The notes below the pieces were generated by a model. That model had not been told where the DNA came from and searched no databases. It saw only the letters and a program-made list of their open reading frames with translations. The position numbers and the translations under genes were made by a program. A stretch of DNA of 64,000 bases from Acidobacteriota bacterium (GTDB lineage: Bacteria > Acidobacteriota > CAIWXX01). The stretch is taken from contig JBFMAF010000028.1 in NCBI GenBank assembly GCA_040755995.1, positions 1 through 64,000 on the forward strand, read 5' to 3'. Shown piece after piece: positions 1 through 10,281 of the stretch (positions are counted from its first letter, which is position 1; each line of letters begins with the position of its first letter).

Positions 1-3000
1 AGAAGTCGCTGACGCTCTTAAGCCGGCCCGACTGCGCCGTGCCGTCGTAGTCGTAGTACTCGAAGGAGTACACCCGCCCCATCGTGTCCATGACCGTGTA
101 GAGCCGCCCGGCTGTGTCGTAGTAGAAGTCGAGGTAGTTGCCGAACCGGTCCTCCATGCTCGCAAGACGCCCGAACTGGTCGTAGGTCTCGCTGTAAAGC
201 CCGCGGAACAAGAGCACCCACGCCCCATCGCCGCGCTTCATGAGCTCCGCGAATACACCCCGCGGCGACCGGTAGCCCGTGCGCTCCGTTTCATCCGCAA
301 CGAACACCTCGCGCCGCCCCAGGCCATCGAAGTAGACCACGTCGCCATTCGGCAGCTCCTGCAACCGGCGGTGATAGTTGTAGTCCCACCCCCACCCCAG
401 CGGCCCGGAGTAGATCGCCTGCGACTCGTACCGGCGCACCAGGGCGAAGTCGAGCCCGCGGCCCGGGACGACGAGATCCGTCTCTTCCATGAACTGCTCG
501 CCCGAGTGCAGGAACACGCCGCAGGTGCCGTCCTCGTAGACACCCGGTATCGAGGCAGTGAGTCCCATGGCGGCGTTCTGCCCCGGCTCGGGCTTGTCGC
601 TATCCAGCCATTCCGCGCGAATCGTAGGCACTCGGGTGATGACCGTCTTCGCTTCGGCCTCGCTTAGATAGCTCGCGCCTGTGGCCGAGACATGGAAGAG
701 CGATTCTCCCTCAGCATCCAGTATCGGAACCAGATATGCCTCGACCGTGTCTCCCGCCAGTAGCTTCAGCCTTCCCTCCTCCGTCTTCTCCTTCGGGTCT
801 ATGGTGAGACGGATCGGGTCCGAGACGAAGAGCTGATATGCGGCGTCCAGTGCCCTAGGGTCGCTATTGCTGGGGTTCCTGGCGGGCCTGAGCGTCACTT
901 TGGAGGGGTCAATTGCCGCCGGGACGTAGCCCTCTTCGCAAGACCACAGCGTCGCCCCCTCCGTGCCCAGAAGCAGGCTGCGCAGCCCGGCGTGCACCGT
1001 TGCCTGTGCGGCCTTCATCGGCAGGTATACCAGCACATAGATGTCGCGTTCCGCTGGGTAGTCGCTATCCTCGATGCCATACGGCAGCACCCACGGCATC
1101 GGGCCATAGACCCCATTGGCATCTTTCAGCGCAATCATCAGCTCGGGCGGACCGAGCCTGACGGGAACCAGGCCCTCTTCCAGGTCCCCGGCGTAGGCCA
1201 TATTGAGCTTCTCGTCGAGCACCAGGCCGTAGCGCGGGCGTCCGGCTGTGGGGATCGTGCCCAGGATGCGCGGGTCCACTGCGTTTTCCGGCGTGAACGC
1301 CAGCGGGTTCGCCATGCTGATCCGCAGAAGACCAAGCTCCGCGTCCAGCACGTACAGCATCCGTTGGGCCGGGCTGAAGGCGATGGCGCCAATCGCGGCG
1401 CCACCAGGCAGCCGCACACCGCCTACGAGCCGGAACACACCGGTTCGCGAGGTGATGTCGACGATCAGCACCTCGTTGTTCACCCCCGGAGCCGTCACAA
1501 ACGCGAAATCGCCCACTGCGGGCATGCCTTGATAGTCGAGATAGGCGTAGTTCAACGCCACGGCAAGGCCGTTGTAGTGCTTCCCGCCGGCCGCGCGCTT
1601 CATCTCATCGCAGGAGCCTTCCTGGACGATGCCCGCCGTGTTCGTGACGTTGAGCATCTTCACGCCGAAGTAGTCCACGAGCAGCAGGACGCGAGTGGCC
1701 GGGCCATCAGTCAGGATCTCCAGCTCGCTGATCCAGTCCTCCTTGTACCAGCCGACGGCGCAATCGCGGTAGCGGTCGGTCTGCGCGTCCATCTGGGTGA
1801 GATCGACGATCAGAAGGCCGGCCCCGTAGATCGCGACGAATGCGTAGTCGCCGGCGACCTTCACGCGCGAGGGTTTGCCGGTTGGGACGTGTATGGCTGC
1901 GCCCGCGCCGAAGCCCGGGTTGCCTCCCGAGATGGAGTACGAGATCATCTGGCTGCTGACTTCCACGAGATTCGGCAGGTTGTCTATGTTGAATACCTTG
2001 ATGTAGCCCGGATGCGCGGTTCCTCCGCCCACTATGACCGCGTAGTCGTTGTACTGTTGCTCACTCACATAGTGCCGGTAGAGAGCTACCGAGCGGACCT
2101 CGCCGATGCCGGTATAAGAGGACACGGGTGTGAGGTCGCCCGGGTCGGATGCATCGAGCACCTGCAGCCCCTGGTCGTTGCAGGCGGCCAGGATATACTT
2201 GCCGTAGAGCACCATCCCCGAGACTCGCCCGGTCTTCTCGACCTCCAGGCTCACCGACTTGCGCGTCGTGAACGGGATCGCGAGTGGCTCGGCGGCGGAG
2301 TAGGAATTCCCGGAAAGATCCTTGATGCGCAGAATCTCGAGTTGGTACTTGCGCTGCTCCTGGAGTCTCAGCTCCGCGCGCACAGTCAAGCTGCTCCAGC
2401 TCGACGGTGGGTCAACCACACAGGGGATCAGCGCGCCGGTGTCGCGGTCGCGAATGCGAGCCACGTCCTTCAGCGCATCGGTCGGCTGCACTGGCTCGTC
2501 GAATTCCAGCACGAACACGGGCTCGACATCGACTTCGTTGCTCTCGGCCGCCACCAGCAGCTGGTCCCCAACCCGCGCTGCCACGTCGATTCCGAAGCCA
2601 CCTTCCACATCGGCCTCGGTCTGAGCGCTCTCGATCCGCTCGGCCTGCGTGTCAGGGTCCACCGTGTAACGGAAGACGTTAACGCGCCCACCTGTGGCCC
2701 CGGCCTGGCCGGTGATACGGACTCCTGCTCCACTGGGCGCGAACTGCATCTTCGATGTGACGAGTTTGGCGCCGAACCAGCCGACATTGAGCACACTGGC
2801 CGGCGTCGCCTGTAGCAGCTGCGGCCTCCGGTGGTCTGTCGTGACCGGCGCTGTGAAAACGTACTGTTGATTCGGGGTCAGATTCTGGATCTCCTGCGAG
2901 AAGATGATGTCCCCGGTATTGGCATCCCTGATGACGAGTGTGATGGTGTTGCCCGCTCGTACAGGCACTATGAACTGGCCGCTTGTGCCCGGGTCCACCA

Positions 3001-6000
3001 CGTACACCAGGTCTCCTGCCGAGACTATCGCCCAGCTGCCCTGGCAACTTCCGCTCGCGAACGCAAGTAGCTGTCCATCGTTTCGCATGAAATAGATGGC
3101 GTCTTCCTCGCTGACGCCCGGCCACGGCGGCGAGTTGACTTCGATGCGGCCGTCGTGCACCGAGCAGGTGTCCATCACCATCATCTTGCGTTGCCCGAGC
3201 ACGAAGACCTCTCGTGCGATGAACATCTGCGAATCGGCCGGAAGATCGGCCGGTGCCGGCATGGAGAGCTTGAGCGGCTTGGAGGCCCGGTGGCCTTCCA
3301 TGTCGAGCGTGAGCGCGGATAGGCGAACGAGGCCGTCTGGATTGGGCAGAAGCTGGGATGGGTCGGTGATCGGATCCAGCCGCACGATCACCGGTTCTGC
3401 GAAGGTGCCGGCTTCGGTGCGAATGCCTAAGCCGTCGGGCGTAATGTACGAGTGGGCGCCGTTGTCTAGCTCAACGCCGCGGCCGTCGGGTGTCGTGTAG
3501 ACATCGGGGTTGATCTCGATCTCGTTGCTTGCCAGATCGATCACTCGAATGCGAACCTTGTCGCCCGCTTGAGCGGTGATCGTGAAATTGAAGGAGCCGT
3601 CGGAGAGCCCCTGGGTCGAGACGCTTGCGCCGGTGCGCTCGTTGAAGAGCCACATGGTGGCGCCGGGCTCTACTGCGCCCGGCTGGCCGATTACGCAGAT
3701 CACGCCGTCTGTCGGCAGAACTACGCGGATCTTCGCCGGATCGTAGGTGGGCGCGATGATGTCGCGAGTTGTGAAGGAGCTCGTGTAGTCCGTGCCCATC
3801 GGGTTCCCGCGCAGATCGGTGATCGTGCCCTTCACCACTACGGTCAGCGTCTTGGATGAAGGCAGATCTTGCGCTGACTTGAACTCGGCCAGGAGGCCGT
3901 CCAGTGAGAGAGAGACGGTGCCTGCGAGGGCCACGGTGCCGTCCAGCACGTAGAAGGTCTGCGGGGTCAGGGTCGCCGGCGAGACCGGCTCGCTGAAGAT
4001 GATTTGGATGCGTGAGGCCAATGGCACGTTCGTCGCGCCGTTGCTCGGGGTCTGGCCGACTACGCTCGGCCCGGTCGGCTGGAGCGCTATGTCGACGCCG
4101 GTGAGAAGCGCGCCTGCGAAGACGCTGCCTTCGGCGGCACCCTGGTCGCCGGTCACGGGATGCGTTGCGCGGATGTGTGTGGTGCCGGTGAGAGCCACCT
4201 GCGCGTAGCTGCCGCTGGCAGCGGCTAGTGCGGTGAGCCCCTGGCCGTCGGCTCTCACGCGCGCCGAGGCTACTGGCATGTCCTGGTCTGTTACTACGCC
4301 TGTCGTATAGCCCATGGGTTGCAGCGCTTCCAGGAAGAGATACGTGCCGCTCTCGCGAACGCCCGCTAGTTCAAAGCCGCTCGGGACTGTGCCCGGGGTC
4401 TTGAGCCGGCCGTTGGCGAGGGCCACGGAGTCGGTGAGAATTGACGCCAGGCCGGTCTCGAGCTGGGCCTGGCGCGCTGTGACCAGAAGCATGCCGTCTA
4501 CAAGCGTCACGCCTGTCGGCAGCGGCATCGAGAGAGACGCCGGGGCGGAAAGCACCGCTCCGCCTAGAGACAGCTCCACGCCGCCTATGAGACGGAAGCC
4601 TTCGGGCGCTGTGGAAGGAAGCTGGGACGGCGCTAGCACCTTCACGGTGACCACCGTAGCCGCCGAGAGCGCGTTCGCGGGGATCTCGACTTCTGCTCCG
4701 CCTTCACCTGAGACAGTGCCGCCGGCTGCGCCGATGACGCTCCCCATCACCGAGCTGCTGTACCTCAGCATGCTCGTGTTCATCGTCCCTTCGCGCAGAT
4801 TCTCGATCGTGATCTGGCGGTTGGGCGACAGGTTGAAATCGAGCATCGATTGCCCGCCGCCGTAGTTGTAAACAAGCAGGTCGGCCACGTAGAGCGGGTA
4901 GGAGACGGTCTGGTTATCGAGCATCTGGTAGCTCTCGTTGATCCGGCCCTGGACGGGGACTCCGCTGCTCACTACTCGCACGGGTGAGAGCAGCAGACGG
5001 CCTGTAGCAGTGCCGCCGGGGAAGACGTGGCCTGGGGCGAATGTGAGCCCTGCGACGGCGTCGCTCGGGATCACGCTGGATTCGGGCAGGCCGGTAAGCG
5101 GCTGACGTGCTTCGGCAGCCGGTGGGGCTGCGGGAACGGTGTCCGCTACGACCCACGCGTATTGCCCGCCTGCGGTGATCGAAGCGGCAAGCGACACCTG
5201 CGATGGCGTCCACGCGGCCGTACCCAGAACGCGCCAGGTGCGAGTGGGCTCATCCCAGCGAACGAGCGCGAGTGTAGCCGGAGTGGCGAGGGCGCGGAAT
5301 GGAGCCGCAACCAGTGCGACCGGCGCGGTAAGCTCGACCGCTTGCGCAAAGCTCAGCTCCGCCGGCGAGAGATCGATTGCGAGCACCGGCGACCAGCCCT
5401 TTGGGAGCCGCTCTGGCAGAGACTGGCCTGACAGAACCGTGAGATTGATCTTCTTTTCTACAGGCACGCTGTAGGGCGGGACATCGAGCTTCAGCGTGTA
5501 TTTGCCGCCGCCCGAGCCCACGGCCACGACGCCGCCTTCGGGCTTGATCACGTCGTCGCCTTCGGCGCGGCGTGGCGTGAGGCGCACGTCCAGGATGGTT
5601 TCGGCCAGCTGCGAGAGGGACACAACGGATCGGCTTGCGGACGTGTAGGATTGCTTCGTGATTGAGAGGGTGCACGAGGTCCCGTCGAGCGACAGCGCGA
5701 ACCGGCCGTCGGAGCCGGTTGAGGCTGTGGGTGCCGGCGACGGCGCCGCGCTGCCGTTGATGGTCGCGGCGGTCACAAGCGCTCCTGAGAGCGGCAGCCC
5801 GGTCGAGTCGTCGTACACCTCGCCCAGCACCGTCATTCCGCCCGCCGGCCGGTTGAACATCCGCGAGTACGGGTAGGCCAGAGCGTTCCCGCCGAGGTCG
5901 GTTACGGCGGTTGTGATCTCGAGCAGGAAGGCGACACCAGTGAGATCCGGTGCCGGAGTGAAGGTGACCTGAGCGCCAGCTGTCGAGAGCTGCCCTGTGG

Positions 6001-7651
6001 CCGGTCCTCCAGATGTGCGCACGGTGACGCTCTGAGCGGTCACGGTCGCTGCATCTACGTCGCGTGAGAACGTGACCGTGACGAGGTTTCCGGCGTATGC
6101 GGCATCGGCGACGGCGATCGGCCCAGTCTGCTGCTGCGTGTCACCTTCGATGCGATGCGTGCGATTGCCCGAAGGGTCGGCCGCCGAGACACTGAAGTGA
6201 TTGCGCCCGCCGGGTGTGAGCGGCACCGGTATGCTGAACCGGCCCGATTTGTCGGCGACGGCCGCCCGCACCCCCACATACACGCGAGCGTCAGGCTCAG
6301 TGCGGCCCGTGATCGTGACGCTTTTGCGCGAGGTGGTCGGGGGTACAGGATCGAGCACCAGCTCGCGCGGCGGCGTGTTGTCTACAGTGCGGAAGCGCGC
6401 GTCGACAGGCGTCGGTAGCTCGTTGCCGGCGAGGTCTCTCAACCCCGATGCGTGCAGGCGAATCTCGGCGCCATCCGGAAGCCGCGAGGTAGGCGTGAAG
6501 ATGACGCTGTCGCCCTGCACCTTGAACGTGCCAGGAGCGGGCTTGCCGCTCTCAAGCGTCACGCTCGCAGTCCTCAGAGAAGGCGGCGAGATCGGCTCGC
6601 TGAAGCGAAGCGTGATCGGCCATTCTAGAGGGATCGTGCTGTTTCCGGCGACCGGGTCCATCGCGACCAGAAGAGGCGGCTTCGAGTCGAAGATGACATC
6701 TACTGAGGTCTCGCAGACGTGGCCAGCCTTGTCGCGCGCTGCCAACGCGAGCGTGCTCTTGCCTTGAGCCATGAGCTGTTGAGTGAGGCTGAATCGTCCC
6801 TGAGCATCCACGGGCACGGGTCTGCCGTTGACCGTGAGTGCTGCCGCAGATGCGTCTTCGACGCGGCCAGCCACCGTGAGAGCGCTCTTGCGCACGAGCG
6901 CCCCGGAGCGCGGCTCCTCCACGATGATCCGCGGCGGCGTGGCGTCGACCATGAGATCGACGGTAACCTCGCTGGTATGCCCCGCTGCATCGGCAGCCTC
7001 GATGTGGATTGCGTTGGCACCTTCGCGCAGCGTTACGTCTGCTTCGAATCGGCCATCCGACACAGCTGCCACCTGCCCGTTCACGCGCACCGAAGTGGCT
7101 GTAGCATCAATGATCGTGCCCGAAACGCGCGTGCGGAATACAGAGAGCAGCGCGCCCTGCGCGGGCTCGCTGACTCTGATACGAGGTGCAGTCAAGTCGC
7201 ACGCCAGCTCGATGGCCGACTCCGCAACCCGGCCCGCCGCGTCCTTCGCGACGACCGTGAGCCGATTCGCGCCCTCCTTTATAGGAATATCTTCAATCGT
7301 GAATCGCTCGCCGAAGACGACTCCAGCCTTGCCGTTGCACGACACAGACGCCAGCTCCGTGCCCGAGGCCCTCTCGTACGTGCCGGACACGGTCACCAGC
7401 GAGTCGCCGAGGACCGCGTTGGCCGAGGGCTGCAGCAAACGGAGCGTGGGCGGGGTGGCTACATCGTCCTCTGCACCTGCCGGCCCACAGAGGAATCCGA
7501 GCACTAGGGCCGCCGCCAGCAGGACGGCCACACGGCTGCCTGCTGCGCGGGGGTGTAGGTCACAAGCGTCGCGGCTTCCGAAACGGTGGCAGCCGAAGTA
7601 TGGGGTCAGGGGATTCCTGTACTTGTGTGTGGTCGTCATGTTCTTGCTCAT
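1..7651 (-). CDS. Giant secreted Rhs/YD-repeat protein (>2550 aa, 3' end outside window): signal peptide, many Ig-like domains, LVIVD-like propeller, DUF6531, YD repeats
   Basis: Hand translation from ATG 7651 is open to position 2. Hydrophobic signal VAVLLAAALVLGFLCGPAGA; Ig motifs (ITLRFSEPI, DLAGN, IQIIFSEPV); LVIVD-like GLQVLDASDP and GLLIVDL; DUF6531-like ETDLVVPGRGLDFALVRRYES..GPLGWGWD at about 385-490; then YDQFGRL and YYDTAGRL. Missing from the ORF track because it has no stop in the window. Confidence 0.9.
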   Translation of the reverse strand, partial: MSKNMTTTHKYRNPLTPYFGCHRFGSRDACDLHPRAAGSRVAVLLAAALVLGFLCGPAGAEDDVATPPTLRLLQPSANAVLGDSLVTVSGTYERASGTELASVSCNGKAGVVFGERFTIEDIPIKEGANRLTVVAKDAAGRVAESAIELACDLTAPRIRVSEPAQGALLSVFRTRVSGTIIDATATSVRVNGQVAAVSDGRFEADVTLREGANAIHIEAADAAGHTSEVTVDLMVDATPPRIIVEEPRSGALVRKSALTVAGRVEDASAAALTVNGRPVPVDAQGRFSLTQQLMAQGKSTLALAARDKAGHVCETSVDVIFDSKPPLLVAMDPVAGNSTIPLEWPITLRFSEPISPPSLRTASVTLESGKPAPGTFKVQGDSVIFTPTSRLPDGAEIRLHASGLRDLAGNELPTPVDARFRTVDNTPPRELVLDPVPPTTSRKSVTITGRTEPDARVYVGVRAAVADKSGRFSIPVPLTPGGRNHFSVSAADPSGNRTHRIEGDTQQQTGPIAVADAAYAGNLVTVTFSRDVDAATVTAQSVTVRTSGGPATGQLSTAGAQVTFTPAPDLTGVAFLLEITTAVTDLGGNALAYPYSRMFNRPAGGMTVLGEVYDDSTGLPLSGALVTAATINGSAAPSPAPTASTGSDGRFALSLDGTSCTLSITKQSYTSASRSVVSLSQLAETILDVRLTPRRAEGDDVIKPEGGVVAVGSGGGKYTLKLDVPPYSVPVEKKINLTVLSGQSLPERLPKGWSPVLAIDLSPAELSFAQAVELTAPVALVAAPFRALATPATLALVRWDEPTRTWRVLGTAAWTPSQVSLAASITAGGQYAWVVADTVPAAPPAAEARQPLTGLPESSVIPSDAVAGLTFAPGHVFPGGTATGRLLLSPVRVVSSGVPVQGRINESYQMLDNQTVSYPLYVADLLVYNYGGGQSMLDFNLSPNRQITIENLREGTMNTSMLRYSSSVMGSVIGAAGGTVSGEGGAEVEIPANALSAATVVTVKVLAPSQLPSTAPEGFRLIGGVELSLGGAVLSAPASLSMPLPTGVTLVDGMLLVTARQAQLETGLASILTDSVALANGRLKTPGTVPSGFELAGVRESGTYLFLEALQPMGYTTGVVTDQDMPVASARVRADGQGLTALAAASGSYAQVALTGTTHIRATHPVTGDQGAAEGSVFAGALLTGVDIALQPTGPSVVGQTPSNGATNVPLASRIQIIFSEPVSPATLTPQTFYVLDGTVALAGTVSLSLDGLLAEFKSAQDLPSSKTLTVVVKGTITDLRGNPMGTDYTSSFTTRDIIAPTYDPAKIRVVLPTDGVICVIGQPGAVEPGATMWLFNERTGASVSTQGLSDGSFNFTITAQAGDKVRIRVIDLASNEIEINPDVYTTPDGRGVELDNGAHSYITPDGLGIRTEAGTFAEPVIVRLDPITDPSQLLPNPDGLVRLSALTLDMEGHRASKPLKLSMPAPADLPADSQMFIAREVFVLGQRKMMVMDTCSVHDGRIEVNSPPWPGVSEEDAIYFMRNDGQLLAFASGSCQGSWAIVSAGDLVYVVDPGTSGQFIVPVRAGNTITLVIRDANTGDIIFSQEIQNLTPNQQYVFTAPVTTDHRRPQLLQATPASVLNVGWFGAKLVTSKMQFAPSGAGVRITGQAGATGGRVNVFRYTVDPDTQAERIESAQTEADVEGGFGIDVAARVGDQLLVAAESNEVDVEPVFVLEFDEPVQPTDALKDVARIRDRDTGALIPCVVDPPSSWSSLTVRAELRLQEQRKYQLEILRIKDLSGNSYSAAEPLAIPFTTRKSVSLEVEKTGRVSGMVLYGKYILAACNDQGLQVLDASDPGDLTPVSSYTGIGEVRSVALYRHYVSEQQYNDYAVIVGGGTAHPGYIKVFNIDNLPNLVEVSSQMISYSISGGNPGFGAGAAIHVPTGKPSRVKVAGDYAFVAIYGAGLLIVDLTQMDAQTDRYRDCAVGWYKEDWISELEILTDGPATRVLLLVDYFGVKMLNVTNTAGIVQEGSCDEMKRAAGGKHYNGLAVALNYAYLDYQGMPAVGDFAFVTAPGVNNEVLIVDITSRTGVFRLVGGVRLPGGAAIGAIAFSPAQRMLYVLDAELGLLRISMANPLAFTPENAVDPRILGTIPTAGRPRYGLVLDEKLNMAYAGDLEEGLVPVRLGPPELMIALKDANGVYGPMPWVLPYGIEDSDYPAERDIYVLVYLPMKAAQATVHAGLRSLLLGTEGATLWSCEEGYVPAAIDPSKVTLRPARNPSNSDPRALDAAYQLFVSDPIRLTIDPKEKTEEGRLKLLAGDTVEAYLVPILDAEGESLFHVSATGASYLSEAEAKTVITRVPTIRAEWLDSDKPEPGQNAAMGLTASIPGVYEDGTCGVFLHSGEQFMEETDLVVPGRGLDFALVRRYESQAIYSGPLGWGWDYNYHRRLQELPNGDVVYFDGLGRREVFVADETERTGYRSPRGVFAELMKRGDGAWVLLFRGLYSETYDQFGRLASMEDRFGNYLDFYYDTAGRLYTVMDTMGRVYSFEYYDYDGTAQSGRLKSVSDF

Positions 7652-7702
7652 CGTTTATTGGTCCTGACAGCCGGTTTCAATCACTCACGCGCAAAGTGCT
7701 CA

Positions 7703-8197
7703 TCAATTCGACGAATCAGGATCGCGGGAGGTCTCCTGATCGCTCGGTTCGCTCTCGTGTTCAACGACCTCAATGGTGACATGGTCCGCCTGGGCCGGGA
7801 GTACCGCTTGGCCGTCCAGCACCAGCGATATGTCGTAAATGGTGTAGGTCCCACTCCGCTTGAAGGCCTCCAGAATGAATGGCTGCCCGGGCCGAGTCGT
7901 CAGCGGCACCGGATCGGTCAGGCCCGGGCCGCGCAGAGAGCCCTTGACCATCATCGCCGCAGGGGGCTCCACCCGACCCTCGCAATACACCGTCTGCACC
8001 TCGCATGGCATGCCCACAGCTACCGTCATCTGCCTGGGAGCGACATCAAGCCTCGCCCCAAGCACGATCAGGTCGCCTGTCGCCAGCGGCGCCTCCTCTG
8101 CGAAAACCGGCTGCACCAGCGCAGCCAAGAGGATCAGCCACACTGCGATTGTTGTTTTTCCCAACATGATTCCCTGCCCTTCTTTGATCATGTTCAC
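7703..8197 (-). CDS. Secreted hypothetical protein (beta-rich single domain)
   Basis: Signal peptide ending VFA-EE; co-oriented immediately upstream of the giant Rhs gene; true start may be a later ATG. Confidence 0.7.
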   Translation of the reverse strand: MNMIKEGQGIMLGKTTIAVWLILLAALVQPVFAEEAPLATGDLIVLGARLDVAPRQMTVAVGMPCEVQTVYCEGRVEPPAAMMVKGSLRGPGLTDPVPLTTRPGQPFILEAFKRSGTYTIYDISLVLDGQAVLPAQADHVTIEVVEHESEPSDQETSRDPDSSN

Positions 8198-8745
8198 ACT
8201 ATGGTTAATTCCAAATAGTTGTCAGTTGTCGGTTGCCGGACGGGAAAGCCCGGAGCTCGAATACAAGTATTTGAGAGTTGATGGTTGCCGGTGGCCGGAC
8301 TCGAGCGTGCTGCGACCCCCGCTCGCCGCCAGGCGTTCCACGCGGGCTGAAGCCCGCGACTACGGTGATGTAGTGTTTGCATCGTGGAAAGATTCGAGGG
8401 TGCGGGGGCTTGAATGTGAGGGACGGAGCCGGTGACACGGAGACCACCAGCTGCCACTCTCCGCTTCCCCGTTTCTCCGATTCTCCGTTTCGGCCGCACA
8501 ACGCCTCTCACTCGCCTGTCCGTGAGCGTGATCTGCGCGACGTCGCCGTTAGTGTGCAGATACATCTTGTTCGAGACCAGCATCAACGTCGCGTCCTTGT
8601 CGGCAAGGAAAGGAACGTCATTGCGGGCGGCTGCCAGGAGAAGAACGAACGCGACAGGGATGAAGTGCTTCATGGCAACGCTTCGCCTCGTTTCGCGCGA
8701 CTCGCTCCGTGGCGCGGTCTCGCCAACAGGCATGTGTCTGCTCAT
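8194..8745 (-). CDS. Hypothetical protein, 3' half doubtful
   Basis: ATGA overlap with upstream gene and a signal-like segment MKHFIPVAFVLLLAAA; distal half runs through short tandem repeats and a REP-like palindrome. Confidence 0.35.
   Translation of the reverse strand: MSRHMPVGETAPRSESRETRRSVAMKHFIPVAFVLLLAAARNDVPFLADKDATLMLVSNKMYLHTNGDVAQITLTDRRVRGVVRPKRRIGETGKRRVAAGGLRVTGSVPHIQAPAPSNLSTMQTLHHRSRGLQPAWNAWRRAGVAARSSPATGNHQLSNTCIRAPGFPVRQPTTDNYLELTIV
8341..8363 (-). repeat. REP-like palindrome (GTAG family)
   Basis: Minus strand reads GTAGT-CGCGGGCT-TC-AGCCCGCG. Confidence 0.5.
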
Positions 8746-9245
8746 TTGCGTTCCACCGCGAGCCGCTTCGTCAGCTGCGTGCCCGGCTCCTCTATCAGCA
8801 CGGCTTCGGGTTCGATGCTCTTCACTGCGAACTTGTGCTCGAGCTTGTCGCCTTCGCGCAGCGTGAGCACGTCGCTCTTCAGCAGGAACAACGCCTGCAT
8901 GCCGTCAGGGTCGATCGTGCCTATGAAGCGCGACTCGACCTGGATCTCGGGAGGCGGCGGAGGTGGCAGTTGTTCCACGGGGAGCTCGGTGAATACCGGC
9001 TCGTCCGCGTACGTGAACGGGTTCCGCCGCCACGGACGATCTGCCGGAGCGTCAGCCGCGACCTCGGCTATCTTCATCACTACGACCACAGGCTTCATGG
9101 CCTGCGCAGCCGGCAACCGCGCTGGTTTCGCCGGCGCCGAAGGCGGCGGACTGGTGACCGGGCTCTTCGTGAGCGCGAGCGTGACGGCGCCCGCGAGAAG
9201 CACAAGCAGGATCGAGAATCGACGATGTGACTTGACTGGTCTCAT
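8742..9245 (-). CDS. PilP/GspC-like type IV pilus / T2SS assembly protein
   Basis: N-terminal TM helix, Pro-rich linker, RRNPF motif, then FIGTI...LREGD...VKSIEPEAVLI beta domain typical of PilP/GspC-HR. Confidence 0.6.
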   Translation of the reverse strand: MRPVKSHRRFSILLVLLAGAVTLALTKSPVTSPPPSAPAKPARLPAAQAMKPVVVVMKIAEVAADAPADRPWRRNPFTYADEPVFTELPVEQLPPPPPPEIQVESRFIGTIDPDGMQALFLLKSDVLTLREGDKLEHKFAVKSIEPEAVLIEEPGTQLTKRLAVERK

Positions 9246-9409
9246 TGCCTACCTCGATTGGATGAAAGGTCGTGGGGGGACCGGGAAGCCACGCCACAGA
9301 GCTTCGGAAGCCGGTTTGCCCGCCCCAGGCCGGTGCCTGGCACGGACGGGCCGGAAAAGGGGCACCAGAAGCCCGACGGGTCCGAAATCCTCGCGAGAGC
9401 ACCCCCCTA

Positions 9410-9636
9410 AATTGACCAAATTGACGAATTTTCGTCACCCCCCAGAACGGAGCCTCTGGAGGCCAGTTTAGGGCATGCTCGAGTATCCGATAAGTCATGA
9501 TTGTTCAATCACTTAGAAGCACTAGTCCTATGGCGCCGCGGGGCCGATCGGGGAGCCCTCTTGAGGGGCCAAGATCGACGTGTTGCATCAAAAACACCTC
9601 TCAATTGACCAAATTGACGAAATTTCGTCACCCCCC
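9410..9636. repeat. 34-bp direct repeat (9410-9443, 9603-9636) containing a 16-bp palindrome; probable operator pair
   Basis: AATTGACCAAATTGACGAA(T/A)TTTCGTCACCCCCC, one mismatch; copy 2 contains perfect palindrome TGACGAAATTTCGTCA. Confidence 0.8.
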
Positions 9637-9996
9637 CTGAGGCATGGCTTAGGCAAGATCCATCTGCTCATCGCTTCCTCCGCATCCTGTTTCGCCGGAA
9701 AAAAAAGATCTTTTCGTTTACACGAAGACGGCACGGTACCATAGACCGAATCGGCTTGTCAAGAGGAGATTTTGAAAAATTTGAAAAAAAGCGGGTCGAA
9801 GATCGGAGTGGTACGGACGTGACCAATGTACGACGTCCGCCTGCGCGGCTCTCATGCGAGACCTTGATAGACGCGGGACCGCTGTTGCGGCGGGTCGCGC
9901 ACTCGGCTCTTGCAGGAGGTGAACCAGTGTCCGCAGATTTCGTACCAAGCATTCCCGCGTTTTACACTTTGCCTGTTGTCGTGATATCCGATCGGG

Positions 9997-10260
9997 ATGG
10001 ACTTGAATGATCCGGCCACTCGCGAGGTGTTCTTCGATGTCTATGGCAACCTGCGGCGAGCGGGCCCCGGCAGTGACGCATCGACACGGAGGGCGCTCGA
10101 TATGGTCGGCCGGCTTCCCGATCGGCCCCTCGTGCTCGACATCGGCTGCGGCCCCGGCATGCAAACGCTCGCTCTCGCCGAACGCCTGCCCGATGCCGTC
10201 GTCATCGCCCTCGACAATCACAGACCGTTCCTGTATCGGCTCGGCCTTTCCGCCTCAGGG
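9997..10260 (+). pseudogene. Truncated class I SAM-dependent methyltransferase
   Basis: GPGS..STRRAL..VLDIGCGPGMQTLALA..IALDNH; similarity stops after about 85 aa and the rest of the ORF is antisense to the UPF0158 gene. Confidence 0.75.
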
Positions 10261-10281
10261 CGAGATCCTGGCCCGGGCCGG

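Noticed and set aside
992..2815. 607-aa + strand ORF and other ORFs in 1-7650
   Set aside because: Antisense shadows of the giant minus-strand Rhs gene; no recognisable motifs
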